A stretch of DNA of 64,000 nt from Glaucostegus cemiculus (lineage: Eukaryota), in NCBI GenBank assembly GCA_976551045.1, contig CDPCPM010000095.1:19468001-19532000 (forward strand), written 5' to 3'. Each line of letters opens with the position of its first letter. The first letter of the stretch is position 1. Under the pieces are notes generated by a model, which did not search any database, was not told where the DNA came from, and saw only the letters and a list, made by a program, of their open reading frames with translations. Shown one piece after another: positions 23,650-36,984 of this stretch. The position numbers were made by a program, and so were the translations under genes.

Positions 23650-26410
23650 GTTAGGGGTAGAAGTAGGCCACTTGGTTCCTAAAGCCTGCTCTGCTATTTA
23701 ATGTCAGGGCTGATCTGATTATAACCTTAGCTCCTTTCATTCCCCTTGCTTACCCAGAGAGTATGACCTCTGTCTTAAAATTATTCAAAGAACTTGCTTC
23801 CCCTTCCTTTTGAGGAAGAGGCTTCCAAAGACTTACCACAAAAAAGAATTTCTCCTCATCACAGTCTTAAGTAGGTGACCCCTGTTTTTTAAATAGTGGC
23901 CCTTGTTCTAAATTCTCCCACAAGAGGGAACAAACTCTGCACGTCCAACCTGTCAAGACCAGTCAGGATTTTACATCCTTCAATCAAGTCTCCTCTTATT
24001 CATCTGAACTCCAGTGGGAAGAACCCCAGTCTGTCCAACCTTTCCACATAAGACAGCTCAGCCATTTCAGGTATCAGTCCAGTGAATCTTCTCTGAATTG
24101 CTTCCATTGCATAAACATCCCTCCTTCAATAAGGAGATCAATACTGTACACAGTTGTGGGTTTACTAATGCCCTGTATAACTGAAGCATAATCTCCCTAA
24201 GTTTGTGTTCTGTTCTCCTAGCAGTAAACAATAAGCATTCCTAATTACTTGCTGAACCTCTGTCCTGACTCTTTGTGAATTATGCACCAGGACACTCAGA
24301 TCCCTGTGGCTTTCAGAGCTGTTGAATCTCTCACCCTTTAGATAACATGCTTCTTTTTTTTATAGACATTAGGAGCAGAAGTAGACCATTCTGCCCTTCA
24401 AGTCTGCTCCGCCATTTTGAGATCATGGCTGATCCTCAACACTCAATATCCCGTTCCTGCCTTGTCCCCATATCCCTTGATTCCCCTATCTATAAGAAAC
24501 CTATCTAGCTCCTTCTTGAAAGTGCCCAGAGAATTGGCCTCCACTGCCCTCTGAGGCAGTGCGTTCCACAAACTCACAACCCTCTGGGAGAAAAAGTTTT
24601 TCCTCACCTCTGTCCTAAATGGTCTACTCCTTATTCTTAAATCATGCCCTCTGGTCCTGGACTTCCCCAACATCTGGAACATATTTCCTGTCTCTATCTT
24701 GTCCAATCCCTTAACAATCTTGTATGTTTCAATCAGATCCCCTCTCAATCTTCTCAATTCCAGCGTGTACAATCCCAGTCTATCCAACCTCTCTGCATAA
24801 GACAGTCCCAACATCCCCAGAATTAACCTCGTAAACCTACGCTGCATGCCCTCTATAGCCAGGATATCCTTCCTTAACCCTGGAGACCAAAACTGTACAC
24901 AATACTCCAGAAGTGGTCTCACCAGGGCCCTGTACAAATGCAAAAGAATCTCTTTGCTCTTGTACTCAATTCCCCTCGTAATACAGGCCAACATTCCATT
25001 AGCCTTCATCACCGCCTGCTGCACTTGCTCATTCACTTTCAGCGACTGATGAACAAGGACTCCTAGATCCCTTTGTACCTCCCCTTTACCTAACTCCACA
25101 CCATTCAGATAATAATCTGCCTTCCTGTTCCTGCTCCCAAAGTGGATAACCTCACACTTATCCACATTAAACTTCATCTGCCAAGTATCTGCCCACTCAC
25201 CCAACCTATCCAAGTCACCTTGAATCCTCCTAACTTCCTCTACACATGTCGCACTGCCACCCAACTTTGTATCATCAGCAAACTTGCTAATGTTCTTCTC
25301 AATGCCTTCATCTAAATCATTAACATAGATTGTAAACAGCTGCGGTCCCAGCACAGAGTCTTGCGGCACCCCACTAGTCACGGCCTGCCATTCCGAGAAA
25401 CATCCATTCACCCCTACCCTTTGTTTCCTATCTGCCAACCAGTTTTCTATCCAAGTTAATACCCTCCCCCCAATTCCATGAGCCCTCATTTTACCCACCA
25501 ATCTCCTGTGTAGGCACCTTATCAAATGCCTTCTGAAAGTCGAGGTACACAACATCCATCAAATCTCCCTCGTCTATTTTCCTGGTTACATCCTCAAAAA
25601 AAACTCCAGTAGATTAGTCAAGCACAACTTGCCCGTGGTAAATCCATGTTGACTCGACCCAATCCTATCATTGCTATCCAAATATGTCGCTATTTCATCC
25701 TTAATAATGGACTCTAGCATCTTCCCCAGCACAGACATCAGGCTAACCGGATGATAGTTCCCCGTTTTCTCCCTCCCTCCTTTCTTAAAAAGTGGGATAA
25801 CATTGGCCACTCTCCAATCCTCAGGAACTGACCCAGAATCGAGGGAACATCGGAAAATGATCACCAATGCATCCACAGTTTCTAGAGCCACCTCCTTCAG
25901 TACCCTGTTTTAAAACATATTCCTGGCCATAACAAAAAATTTCATGTTTTTCAACATTAAACTCCACTTGACAGATCTTTAACAATTCACTTGACTTATC
26001 TACATCCCCCTGTGATCTTCTTCTGTTCTCTTAAGAGTTTCCCTTCCCACCTAACTTTATATCGTCAACACATTTAGTAGCCAGACCTTTGGTGCCTTCA
26101 TCCAAGTTATTTCTATAAGCTGCGAAAAGTTGAGGACCCAGCACCGATCTCTGTGGCACACCACTTGTTACATCTTGGCAATCATAAAACAACCAATTTA
26201 TGCCTTCTCTCTGTTTCCTGTTGACCAACTGATCATCTACCTACATCAATATATTACCTCCTACACATGGAGTTTTTATTTTTCTGCTCTGACCTTTGAT
26301 GCTGAAGTTTATTGAATGCCATCTACCACCTCACCTTTATTCATAAACATGTTACTTCTTTAAAGAATTCCGATAACTTGATCAACATAACTTCCCTTTC
26401 ATAAAACGAT
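23650..26410 (-). mobile_element. Old degraded CR1 hosting a younger CR1 (24365-25908)
   Basis: ORF 26031-26228 (VTSGVPQRSVLGPQLF). Degraded CR1 3' region at 23650-24350. Confidence 0.7.
24365..25908 (-). mobile_element. Young 5'-truncated CR1 LINE with a largely intact RT region
   Basis: 370-aa ORF 24443-25555 ([33 protein letters not shown]) preceded by frameshifted ORF 25586-25891 (PEDWRVANVIPLFKKG, NYHPVSL). Confidence 0.95.
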
Positions 26411-27561
26411 GATTAAATGCATTAATGGACTAGTTAGGATCTGGTTGATTCAGTCAGGGCAAACCTGGGCAACTCTACATCATCAGTAGACCCTAGTAGA
26501 TACACAGGGATAGATAGACTGAAGACTTACGCGGCACATCAACTGGGACCTTGTCAGAGCCTGGAGCCTTTGCTGGATCCTCTGCATTCAATCGTGCCTT
26601 GATATCGTGTGGAGTGAATAGAATGCGTTGAAGTGTGTATTGAATGTGTGAGTGTGGGTGTCTCAGGAAGTGACTGTGATGCTTCATCCACACAATACCT
26701 CTGCCTGAGGCTGGTTATTTCTTCTTCTGTTCACACATGCTGAGTTGCACCATGAAGACTTACGGTAGAACCATAGAGCAATACATCATGGAAACAGACC
26801 CTTCAGCCCAACTTGTCCATGCTGACCAAGATGCCCCTCTAGTTTCCTGTGGTAGCTAAGAGGACATCTTGTAGAACTTCCATGAGAGTTAGAATTGCTT
26901 TCACTCTTTAAGCGAACATGGAATTATGTTGCACCATGGTGTATATGATAATAATCTAATCTAATCATTTGAGGTTTCTTCCCCTCTGCCATCAGATGTC
27001 CATGAACACTACCTCATTATTCCTCTTTTGCACTATTAATTCATTTTCATAATTTTTATAGCTTGCACTGTGCTGCTGCTGCTGCAAAACAAAACAGATT
27101 TCATGACATATATCAGTGATAATAAACCTGATTTTGATTCTGATTAATAATAACATTTTTCCTCAATACTTCACAAATATGTTTGTAGAACTTCTGGTTG
27201 TGATAACATTACCTGGGATCAAGCTGCTGATTCAGCTAAGAAATAGACGCAATGTTGTTGGTAGGTGTGGAAATGTCCAATCTGAATATAGATCTTATTT
27301 TAAGTGAAACCAGGTTCAGTACCATTAACAATCTCATTAGATGATACTATATGCAAATTCTTATATGCCAGGCAGAGAACGTACATATTTCTTGAATTCC
27401 TTACAATACAGGAGGAAGCCTTTCAGTGCTTTGAGTCCTTCTCAGCCTAGAGTAATCCCATCAGTCCCATTCCCCCACTTAATTCCCTGAAACCTCTTCT
27501 TTCACACATGCCCATTTACAGCCCCTGATTCCTCCACCTTCACACTGAGGGTAATTTACAG

Positions 27562-27935
27562 TAGAATCACAGAGTAATGCAGCATGGAAGCAGGCCCTTC
27601 AACCCAACTTGTCCATGCTGACCAAATGCCCATCTAAGTTAGTCCCATTTGCCCATGTTTGGCCCATATCCTTCTGAACATTTCCTGTCCATGTACCTAT
27701 CAAAATGTATCTTAAATGTTGTTATTGATCCTGCCTCAATGACCTCCTCTGGCAGCTTGTTCCATTTACGCACCACCCTCTGCATGAAGAAGTTGCCCTT
27801 CAGATCCTTTTTAACTCTTTCCGCTCTCACCTTAAACCTATGGCCTCTAGTTTTGGATTCCCTTTCCCTGGCAAAAAGACAGTGTGCATTCACCCTATCT
27901 ATGCCCGTCAAGATTTTATACACTACTATAAAGTC
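27562..27935 (-). mobile_element. CR1 3' fragment nested in a V-SINE (~27410-28100)
   Basis: KTRGHRFKVRAERVKKDLKGNFFMQRVVRKWNKLPEEV. SINE V-domain resumes at ~27975. Confidence 0.8.
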
Positions 27936-28694
27936 AATTAACAACAACAAGGGATATGGGAGGAAACAGAAGCATCTGGGATAAACCACTAGTCACAGGG
28001 AGAATGTGCAAACTCCACATAAACAGCACCAGAGGCAGCCTGAGTCGAGACCCGGTCACTGGAACTATGAGGCAGCTGCACTACCTGCAGTGGCACTTTG
28101 TAGCACCTGTGGTCTTCCAGGAAGAGTCAGTGTTTAACTTTCAATAGAGATTAGGATCTAAAGATTGGAATCAAAGCAGTCCGGCATTGTTGGCAGAGGA
28201 TCAGCTCGGATATACTGAAATAATGAAAGGAATGAACTCATTTAAGTGAACCATGCCAGATATTTTGTTTCCGCTTTACAGGCAGAGTCTAAAGGGTTAA
28301 GCAAAGGCTTCAACAATGCGTCCTGTCAAGTTTCATGTGTAAATTGAGCAGGGTAATTTAATGTAAGTAAATCTGTAGAATGTTCATGAAAGTTGCATCT
28401 AACAATTTGAATAATTGCAAATGCATCTCTTCCACCACCACCTACTGATCAAGTTCTCAATAAGACAGTGAATATCACTAAGTCTTTTAATTATTAACAA
28501 TCTGTGTATGGATACAAAAGATATCCATGAACCTAGTTAACAATTATAAGCTTTGTGTTCTGTTTGACAAAACATACTGACTACTTGATGAAGTTTGAGC
28601 TTTTGTTTTGGGGAGATGAATTTTTCTGTGGCATCAAGAGTTTTATTAATCTCCATAAACCTTTATCAAACACAGGTGATGGAAGCACAATGGC

Positions 28695-28980
28695 AAAGTG
28701 ACACAGCTGGTAGAGCTGATGCCTCATAACTCCATTTCAAGCCTGACTCCCGGTGCTGTCTGTGTGGAGTTGGCACGTTCTCCCTGTGACTGTGTTAGTT
28801 TCCCCCAGCACCTCAAAGGTTAATGGGATGCTGCACATTGCCTCCAATGTGTAGATGAACGGTAGAATCTCGAGGGAGTTGATGGGAATGTGGAGGGAGT
28901 GAAGTGGCTGGGATCAGCGTAAATGGGTGGTTGAAGGTTGGCGCGGACTTGGTGGGCCAAGGGGACTGTTCTTGTGCTGA
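28695..28980 (+). mobile_element. V-SINE (HE1-like)
   Basis: 'gtgctgtctgtgtggagttggcacgttctccctgtgac' with tail 'ggacttggtgggccaagggg'. Confidence 0.7.
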
Positions 28981-28981
28981 G

Positions 28982-30522
28982 TCAGTTGAGACTAGCCCTG
29001 TCTGGCCCAATGATTACAAATTCAATCAGGATCAATTCATGAATGGGGAAATGGGTGTCGCTGGCAAAGCTCAGAATCCCAGAAATGCAGAAGTTGGTAA
29101 AACTTAACTTACAAAGAGCCAAGGTTTTACGTTTGTTTTTATTATACTCAAGCAGGCATGTTCTTGCTTCAACTCACAAAAAGCTGGAGGAAGTCAGCAG
29201 CTCAGGCAGCATCTGTGAGGGGAAGTGGACAATCGTTGTTTCAGGTCGGGATCCTTCATCTGGACTAAGAGAGTAGAGGGGAGATAGCTGGTATAAAGAC
29301 GTGGAGGGGAGGGGTGGAGCAAGAGCTAGCAGGCGTTTTGTGTGTTGCTCCGGATTCCAGCATCTTGGTCAGCATGGACCGGTTGGGCCGAAGGGCAGGT
29401 TTCAGTGCTGTATGACTTTATGAACTCTGTCTGCAGTGTCTCTATTCTAGCTTCTGGCTAGTATCATAAAGTTTCTGGGATCCTGAGTAGACAATGCTGG
29501 AAACAATGCTTACTGTGTGGCAACTTGCTTAAACCCAACACTGTTTTACCTTCCAGATCATTCACCACTTCTTAAAATGTTGCTGAAATTTTGACACCTT
29601 AATCATTCTTTTCTTCTCAGAAGACACCTGAGCTGGCACATAATGAGATCAGCTACAAAAACAGGAAACGGCAGTCTGTTAAAAGCAAAACAATAATATT
29701 TAAAGTTATGTACAGCTCGCAACTCTACAATTCACAATTGCTCACTTACATCATAAGTGTGGAATCTCATTTTAAAAGTTCAGTTCAGGAGCAATTATTA
29801 ACTGCCAATCTCAGCTTCACTTGCTGGTCACTTGGGCTAAACTCAGGATTTAGGATTGGGATTACATACAGGCTAGTTTATGTTGATGTTGTTCAGACTG
29901 GAGTCTGGTGTCACCAAAATCTGAGTATTAAATAACCTGTTCTTCCCAGTAACCAGTCAACGTCCGTGTACTAGGTGCTGGGGATGCTAATTGACTTCCC
30001 AAAGCCTTTATCTCACCTGCAAACATCACCCGTGCGTGACAGAGCTTCCACTGACAGCTCCTACAAAGGTCAAGAAGCTAAACACCATGCAGGATAAAGC
30101 AATTCAGTTGATTCACATCCTAACCTAAATGTCTTCCCCCTCCACCATGTGCATGTGCATGCAATGGTTGGAGCACACACCTTTCATAAAATGTGATCCA
30201 GCAATCTCCCTAAACCTGCAACCTCCAACAATGAGGGCATTCGGCGCTTGGGAACATTCCTATTTGCCCTTCCCCTTTAAGTTGTACGCTAAACTGACCT
30301 GGAAATGTATCATCAATCCTTCATTACTGCTGGTTCTAAATATTGGAACTCCCCACTCAACCACGATCTGGAATGGAACAAGAAGGCAACCGATCACTAT
30401 CTCCTCAAGAGATATTAGTGAAGAATAACTGTGAGTTTTGCCAGCGACACCCATTTCCCCATTCATGAATTGATCCTGATTTATTACTAATCATTGGGCC
30501 AGACAGGACTAGTCTCAACTGA
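28982..30522. repeat. ~90-bp inverted repeat pair (28982-29073 and 30432-30522)
   Basis: 'tcagttgagactagccctgtctggcccaatgatta...aatcaggatcaattcatgaatggggaaatgggtgtcgctggcaaa' is present on opposite strands. Confidence 0.9.
29170..29365 (-). mobile_element. PLE-derived repeat with degenerate hammerhead and inverted tail
   Basis: Minus strand 'agtccagatgaaggatcccgacctgaaac'. Terminal piece 'gttttgtgtgttgctccggattccagcatct' lies in the opposite orientation. Confidence 0.7.
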
Positions 30523-30563
30523 TTCTCATTATCCTGTGAGAGCAAAGTTATTTTTTGGACAAA

Positions 30564-30625
30564 CAGTATGACAATACGATATTAACTGCAATACGATAAT
30601 AGTATGACAATACGATATTAAGTGC
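30564..30625. repeat. Short imperfect tandem duplication
   Basis: 'agtatgacaatacgatattaa' occurs twice with an intervening 'caatacgata'. Confidence 0.8.
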
Positions 30626-31594
30626 ATATAAGTGTCACTTACATATGGTCTGAAAAGGCTCTTCTCAAAACACAAACCTACACCAACTTCTTACCCTGCA
30701 GCATCAGATTTCTGCACGGTCCATGAACTCTACCTCGTTATTCCTCTTTTGCACTATTTATTTATTTTTGTAATTTATAGCAATTTTTACATCTTGCACT
30801 GTACTGTTGCCGCAAAGCAAGAAATTTCACGACATACGTCAGTGATAATGAACCTGATCCTGATTCTGGACTTGATGAGTTTCCTCCCTAAATGAAAAAT
30901 TAAACAGATACACAACCTTTTTTGCCCTGGGTGTGTTTCAGGTGGGTATGCAGTGGGGTGAATTAGCAGCCAGCTACTAGATTAGGAAAAATGCCCCAAT
31001 TATTTTAATTCCTGTGGCCTACTCCCTGTTAGAATCTGCTTTTGTGATATCTCCTAATTAAAATGTTCTCTGCTCTGAGTTAAGTCTCTAATTTAGAATT
31101 CATTTACTAAGAGGCCATTGGATCTACAGATTTTTTTTATATTTTATTGTTCTTTACGATTACCTATGCCATGATTGTTATCCTGATCTCTTTGTATCCC
31201 TTGTACATACATTGATGTTATATATTAATCTGTATTAATTTGAAATTAATAAAAAGATTGAAAAAGAAAGAATTGTTCACATCCTATGACCTGACTAAAC
31301 TAGAACAGGTATGAATATTGTAATTTGCTGAAACAATGGATATGATGAACACTGGGGCAGGATATCTCCTATTCCTTTGCTACATAGAAACGGGCATTGT
31401 ACCATTGGCTAAAGGTTCAGATAGAAGAATTTTAGTTCATTATATAGTTTTGAGCATCATGTGGACTAATGGCATAAAAGAAGAAGAAGGTTCTGAACTT
31501 AGCCGAGGAAGAGAGAGACCACAAAATTTGGCAAAATTCAGCTGCCCGGCACCTGGTCATTCCTGGGATGCAGTTCAAGATCAAGAGTGCACTG

Positions 31595-32110
31595 AGCTGG
31601 GTGCAGAGGAGATTTACCAGGATCCTGCCTGGATTGGAGAGCATGCCTTGTGTGCGGGCTAGGGCTTTTCTCTTTGGAGAGAAGGAGGATGGGATGTGAC
31701 TTGATATAGGTGCATACAGCAAACATTTTGGCGTCAGTCTCAGGGTTTGCTGTATTTTGATTGATGACAAGAGGCATAGATCGAGTGGACAGTCAGATTT
31801 TTTCCCAGGGTGACAATGACTAACATGAGGGGGCATCATTTTAAGGTGATTGGAGGAAGGTATAAGGGAAATGTCAGGGGTAAGTTTTCTACACAGACAG
31901 TGGTGGGTGTATGGAAAGCACTGCCTGCAGAAATGGTGGGAGCAGATACATTAGGGACATTTAAGAAACTCTTAGATAGACACATGAATGATAGAAAAAT
32001 AGGGGGCTATGTGGGAGGGAAGGGTTAGAGAGATCTTAGAATAGGATAAAATGTCGGCACCACATTGTGGGCCAAAGTGCCTGTACTTTGCTGTAGTGAT
32101 CTATGTTCTA
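31595..32110 (+). mobile_element. CR1 3' fragment containing a 36-bp TIR insert
   Basis: ORF 31810-32028 (RGHHFKVIGGRYKGNVRGKF). Insert at 31717-31752. Confidence 0.85.
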
Positions 32111-33014
32111 TAACTCGAGGTTAAGCGGTGAGATCACCTGCTGATCCATCTGACTAGATTCTTGCAATTAGATGTGTGATGGGCACTGAGAGACTGTAAC
32201 ACATGAGGTCTGGGCTTCCCTGAATGACATAAGAAGTAGGAACAGGAATAGATCATCTGGCCCTTTACACCTGCTCCACCATTACGGCTGATCTTTTACG
32301 TCAGTGACATTTTCCAGCACTATCCTCATATTCCTGATTCCCATAATGTTGAGAAACCTATTGATCTTTGCTTTGAATGAACACAGTGATTGAAATTCCA
32401 CAGCACTCCAGGGTAGAGAATTCCAAGATCCTCTGCATGAAGACATTTCTTGTCATCTCAGTCCTGCACAGCCTGACCCTTCTTTTGAAAATATGCCTTG
32501 GTGTCACCTGATCCTTGACTTCTTAGTCAGATGAATCATCAGAACTTTTAAGGATTTTGAATGCTTTGATAAGGTCTTTTCACGTTCTTCAATATTTCAG
32601 AGAATTGGAGTCCCAGTTTATTCAATCACTTCTCGTACAGTGAACTCGCCATCCCTGGAATCAGTTGATTCAACCTTCAATGCCTTTCTTCTCTGACAAG
32701 TACATGCTTTCTGAGGTAAGGTACTTCAGGTGTGGCCTTACAAGGGAACTATACAATTGCAATAAAACTTGATCACTCCAATACTCAAATCCTCTCATAA
32801 TAAAGTTAACATACCATTTGCCTTCCTAATCACTTGTTGTACCTGCACATTGACCTTCAATGATTGTGTGCAAGCACACTTAGGTCCCTTTTAATATCAG
32901 TATTGTCCAATATCTCACCATTTAACAAATACCCTCTCTCTGTGTTATGCACACCAAAGTGGATAACCTTTCTGCATTTGATTTCATTTCTTGTTCTTGC
33001 CCACACACTCCAAA

Positions 33015-34242
33015 TCGGTTTTATTATCTTTGTCTTATATGATGTGAAATTTGTTGTTTTGTGGCAGCAGTACAGTGCAAGACGTAAAAGGCTATAAATT
33101 ACAAAATAAATTAATAGTGCAAATAAAAAGGAACAATGAGGTAGTATTCATGGTTCATGGACCTTTCATAAATGTGATGATGGAGGAGAAGAAGCTGCTC
33201 CTGAATCATTGAGTGTGGGTCTTCAGGCTCCTGTACTTCCTCCCCGATGGTAGTAATGAGAAGAGGGCATGTCCCGGGTGGTGAGGGTCCTTAATGATGG
33301 ATGCCACCTTCTTGAGGCACTGCCTCTAGAAGATGTCCTCGATGGTGGGGAGGGTGGTGCCTGTGATGGAGCTGGCTGAGTCTACAACCCTCTGCAGTCT
33401 CATGTGATCCTGTGCATCGGAGCCTCCATACCAGGCTGTGATGCAACTAGTCAGGATGTTCTCCATTGTACATCTTTATAAATTTGCAAGAGTCTTCGGT
33501 AACATACCAAATCTCCTCAAACTCCTAATGAAGTAGAACTGATGACATGCCTTCTTTGTGATTGCATCAATGTGTTGGGCCCAGGACAGAACCTCTGAGA
33601 TGTTGATGCTCATGAACTTGAAGCTGCTCACCCTTTGCGCCGCTGACCCCTCAATGAGGACTGGTGTGTGTTCCCCCGACTTCCCCTTCCTGTAGTCTAC
33701 AGTCAATTCCTTGGTCTTGCTGGCACTGAGTGCGAGGTTGTTGCGACACCACCCAACCACCTGATCTATCTCACTCCTTCATGCCTCCTTGTCGTCTTCT
33801 GAGATTTTACCAACAACAGTGGTGCCATCTGCAAATTTATAAATGGCATTTGAGCTGTGCTTAGCCACACAGTCATGAGTGTAAAGAGAGTAGAGCAGTG
33901 GGCTAAGCACGCATCCTTGAGGTGCGCCTGAGTTGATTGTCAGGAAGGAGGAGATGTTATCGCCGATCCATACTGACTATGGTCTCACGATGAGGAAGTC
34001 GAGGATCCACTTGCCGGGGGACGTACAGAAGCCCAAGTTTAGAAACTTGGCGATTCATACTGAAGGCTGATGGTTCTGAATGCCAAGCTGTAATCAATAA
34101 ACAGCAGCCTGACATATGTTTTGGTGTTATCTAGGTGCTCTAAAGCAGAGTGGAGGGCTAATAAGATTGCATCCGCTCTAGACTTATTATGGCGGTAGGT
34201 GAACTGCAGCGGGTCCAGGTCCTTGCTCAGGCAGGAGTTAAT
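33015..34242 (-). mobile_element. Rex1/Babar-type LINE, 5'-truncated (RT + DUF1891-like region)
   Basis: LDPLQFTYRHNKSRADAI...YVRLLFIDYSLAF and WCRNNLALSASKTKEL...SWAQHIDAITKKACHQFYFIRSLRRFG. Confidence 0.85.
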
Positions 34243-35899
34243 TCTTGTCCACATCACCCGAAGTCTCTTACTATCCTCCTCCGTGTTCACAAACCAATCT
34301 AGTTTAGTATCATCAGTAAACTTGGAAATACAATATTTATTCCCCTCAGTGTGCATTGTAAATAGCTGGGATTGATTCCTGTTGTACCCCACTAGTCACA
34401 GAGTGCCTATCTGATAACAATTCATTGATTCCCAGTCTTTGTTTGCAATCCAATAATTAATTCTTAATTCACATATTGCCGTCAATTCCATGTGCTCTAC
34501 TACTGTGTGCAACCTTACCAAAAGCTTTCCAAAACTCCAGATGTACTGGTTCCCTATTATTTATTCTGTTAGTCATATCCTCAAAGAATGCCAGAAGGTT
34601 AGTCAGATATGATTTTCCTTTCATAAATCTATGTTGACTCTATGATTCCCTCCAAGATGAAGTGTTTATTACATTCGGCATTATAGATTCCTGCAATTTC
34701 CCTCTCACTGACGTTAACCTGTGGTTCCCTGTGTTCTCTCTGCCCCATTTTTTAAACAGTCAGGTCACATTTTCTCTCATCCACTGGAACAATTCCATAA
34801 TCTATAGGATCTGGAAGATGATAAGTGGAGAATCTGCTATCTCTAAAGCCACTTCTTTCAAAACTGTGCAACGTTGATGATCAGTCCTTGGGATTTATCA
34901 GCTTTCAAGTTAACCAGCTATGCTGGTTCTATATTTTGACAAATACTTAGTTCTTTCAGTTACTCATTCTCGCTGAACAATTCTCTCTTATATCTGACAA
35001 GTTTTATTTGTCTTCTTCAATGAAGACAGGCACAATGTAATTATTTAATACCACTGCCATTTCCTCATTTCCCATTATAACTTCTCCTCTCTCTGTCCGC
35101 AAGGGGCTTACAATTACTGTCACAAGTCTTTTTCTTTATTTTTTATGTACTTATAAAGGCTTTTTATGTTTCCTGCCAATCTACTTTCAGATTCTGCCTT
35201 GCCTTTCTTTACCAATTTCTTTGTTTTCCTTTGCTGAGTTCTAAAATGGTCCCAATCCTCAGGCCTATTTCTACTTTGAGCAACATTCCAAGCCTCGTCC
35301 TTGGATTTAATATTGTCTTTCATTTCTCTTGTCAGCCAAGGATGAATCACTTTTCCTTTTTGATTTTTGCACCTTAAGAGGGATTTTTTTTTGCTGATTA
35401 TGCATTCTTTCTTTTAAGCAGCAACCATTACCTTATGTCAATCGCCATATCTTTCAATAAATTCTCCCAATCAGCCGCAGCCAACCAAAACATAAACAGA
35501 AAATGGTAGAAATATTTAGCAGGTCAGGCAACATCTATGGAAAGAGAAGCAGAATTAACATTTCAGGTCAAAGAACCTGAGTGTTTTCAACACTTTCTGT
35601 TATTACTTCTGATTTTCAGCATCTGTGGGCTTTTTAATTTTCATCCACAGCCAACTCTCTTCTTATACCTTCATGGTTCTCTTTGTTAAGATTTAAGATT
35701 CTGATCTCACACCAAGCCACATTGCTTTCAAAATCAATGCAAGATTCTTTCATATTATGATCACCCTTCCTCAAAGGTGCCTAGACTGGTAAATTATTAA
35801 TTAACAACTTCTCATTGCACAAAATCCATTGATTTCTCAACTATTGATCTAGAAAAATCTCCTTTACATTCAATGAATTTATTTTTCACCTTATTACCT

Positions 35900-36025
35900 C
35901 AAAAAATAGGGGGCTATGTGGGAGGGAAGGGTTAGATAGATCTTAGAGCAGGATAAAATGTCGGCACAACATTGTGGGCCGAAGGGCCCGTATTATGCTG
36001 TAGTATTTTATGTTCTATGTTCTAT
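35900..36025 (+). mobile_element. Isolated CR1 3' tail
   Basis: 'ggggctatgtgggagggaagggttagatagatcttagagcaggataaaatgtcggcacaac', as in the other young CR1 copies. Confidence 0.85.
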
Positions 36026-36984
36026 TACAGCACATTTAACTTGTCTGGTTGAAGTCTTCCATTTTGCACCCCTTTTACATCCATCTTTAACCTCTTGAAT
36101 TATGACACACCCAATATTACAACTATTATTTGGTGGTCTAGAAAAAACACCTACCATTGTTTTCTATCCTTTTTGTCTCTTCTTAGCTCAACACAAAGTG
36201 ATTCTAATTTAACATCGTGATCGTCAAGCCAAGCTCATTCTCCCCACTGCACTGATCAACTCTAATTAGCAAATGCTTAACCACCCATTTTTTTTTTAAC
36301 CTGTCCTTCCAAAATGTCAAATACAATGGAATATTTAATTCTCAGCCTTGGTCACACTGCAGCACATTTCTGTAATTGCAATTAGACCATATCAGTACTT
36401 GTTGTAAATGCTTTGAGCATTCAGATGGAGTACCTTTAATTTTGCTATTTAAACTATTTCCTGTATTTTGACCCCACTTTGTTGTCTGACTTTTTTGGTG
36501 CTGTCTATTTATTTTGCATACAGTATATCTAATTTCCCCTTCCTGCCCCATAACAGCCTACTTTGCACTCTCCCCAATGTTGCTAACACTCCCCCGTACA
36601 CCTCCCAGCAGGACTTTGGTTCTGGCCCAACTGAGATTCAAGCTTCCAATCCGTACAGTTGTGGCCTGCCCACATCTGGTTCCAATGCCTCAGACATACA
36701 TAGCCCTTCCTTCTGCGCCATCTACTTAGCCACGCATTCATCTGTTCTATACTCTTATCTCTGTACTTATTAGCACGCGGCACTAGAAATAATCCTGAGA
36801 TTACTACTTTTGAGGTCTTGTTGCTTAATTTCTTTTCCAACTCCCTTGCATCACTCTTACTCTTCCTGGTCTTACAAGGGAATTATAACAAAAATATATC
36901 TTTTTTGGCCACTTCTGTTAGCAACCCCTTTAATCTGCCCTCTGCAATTTTTGTAACTCGCCGTGGCAGGGCACCCAATCAAAA

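Larger units (their letters stand above)
32230..36870 (-). mobile_element. Ancient near-full-length CR1 relic (ORF1 esterase through RT to 3' tail) with nested insertions
   Basis: ORF1 SGNH-like segment KVVISGLFLVPRANKYRDKSIEQMNAWLSRW (36583-36840), ORF2 pieces PWLTREMKDNIKSK (35120-35350) and ISKFTDDTKL (~34300). Confidence 0.75.

Noticed and set aside
29621-29935. Plus-strand acceptor followed by a 104-codon open frame
   Set aside because: No recognisable protein, AT-rich composition and no clear donor.
33476-33760. ALKBH8-like (DUF1891) host gene fragment
   Set aside because: It is the C-terminal region of a Rex1-type RT ORF inside a LINE.
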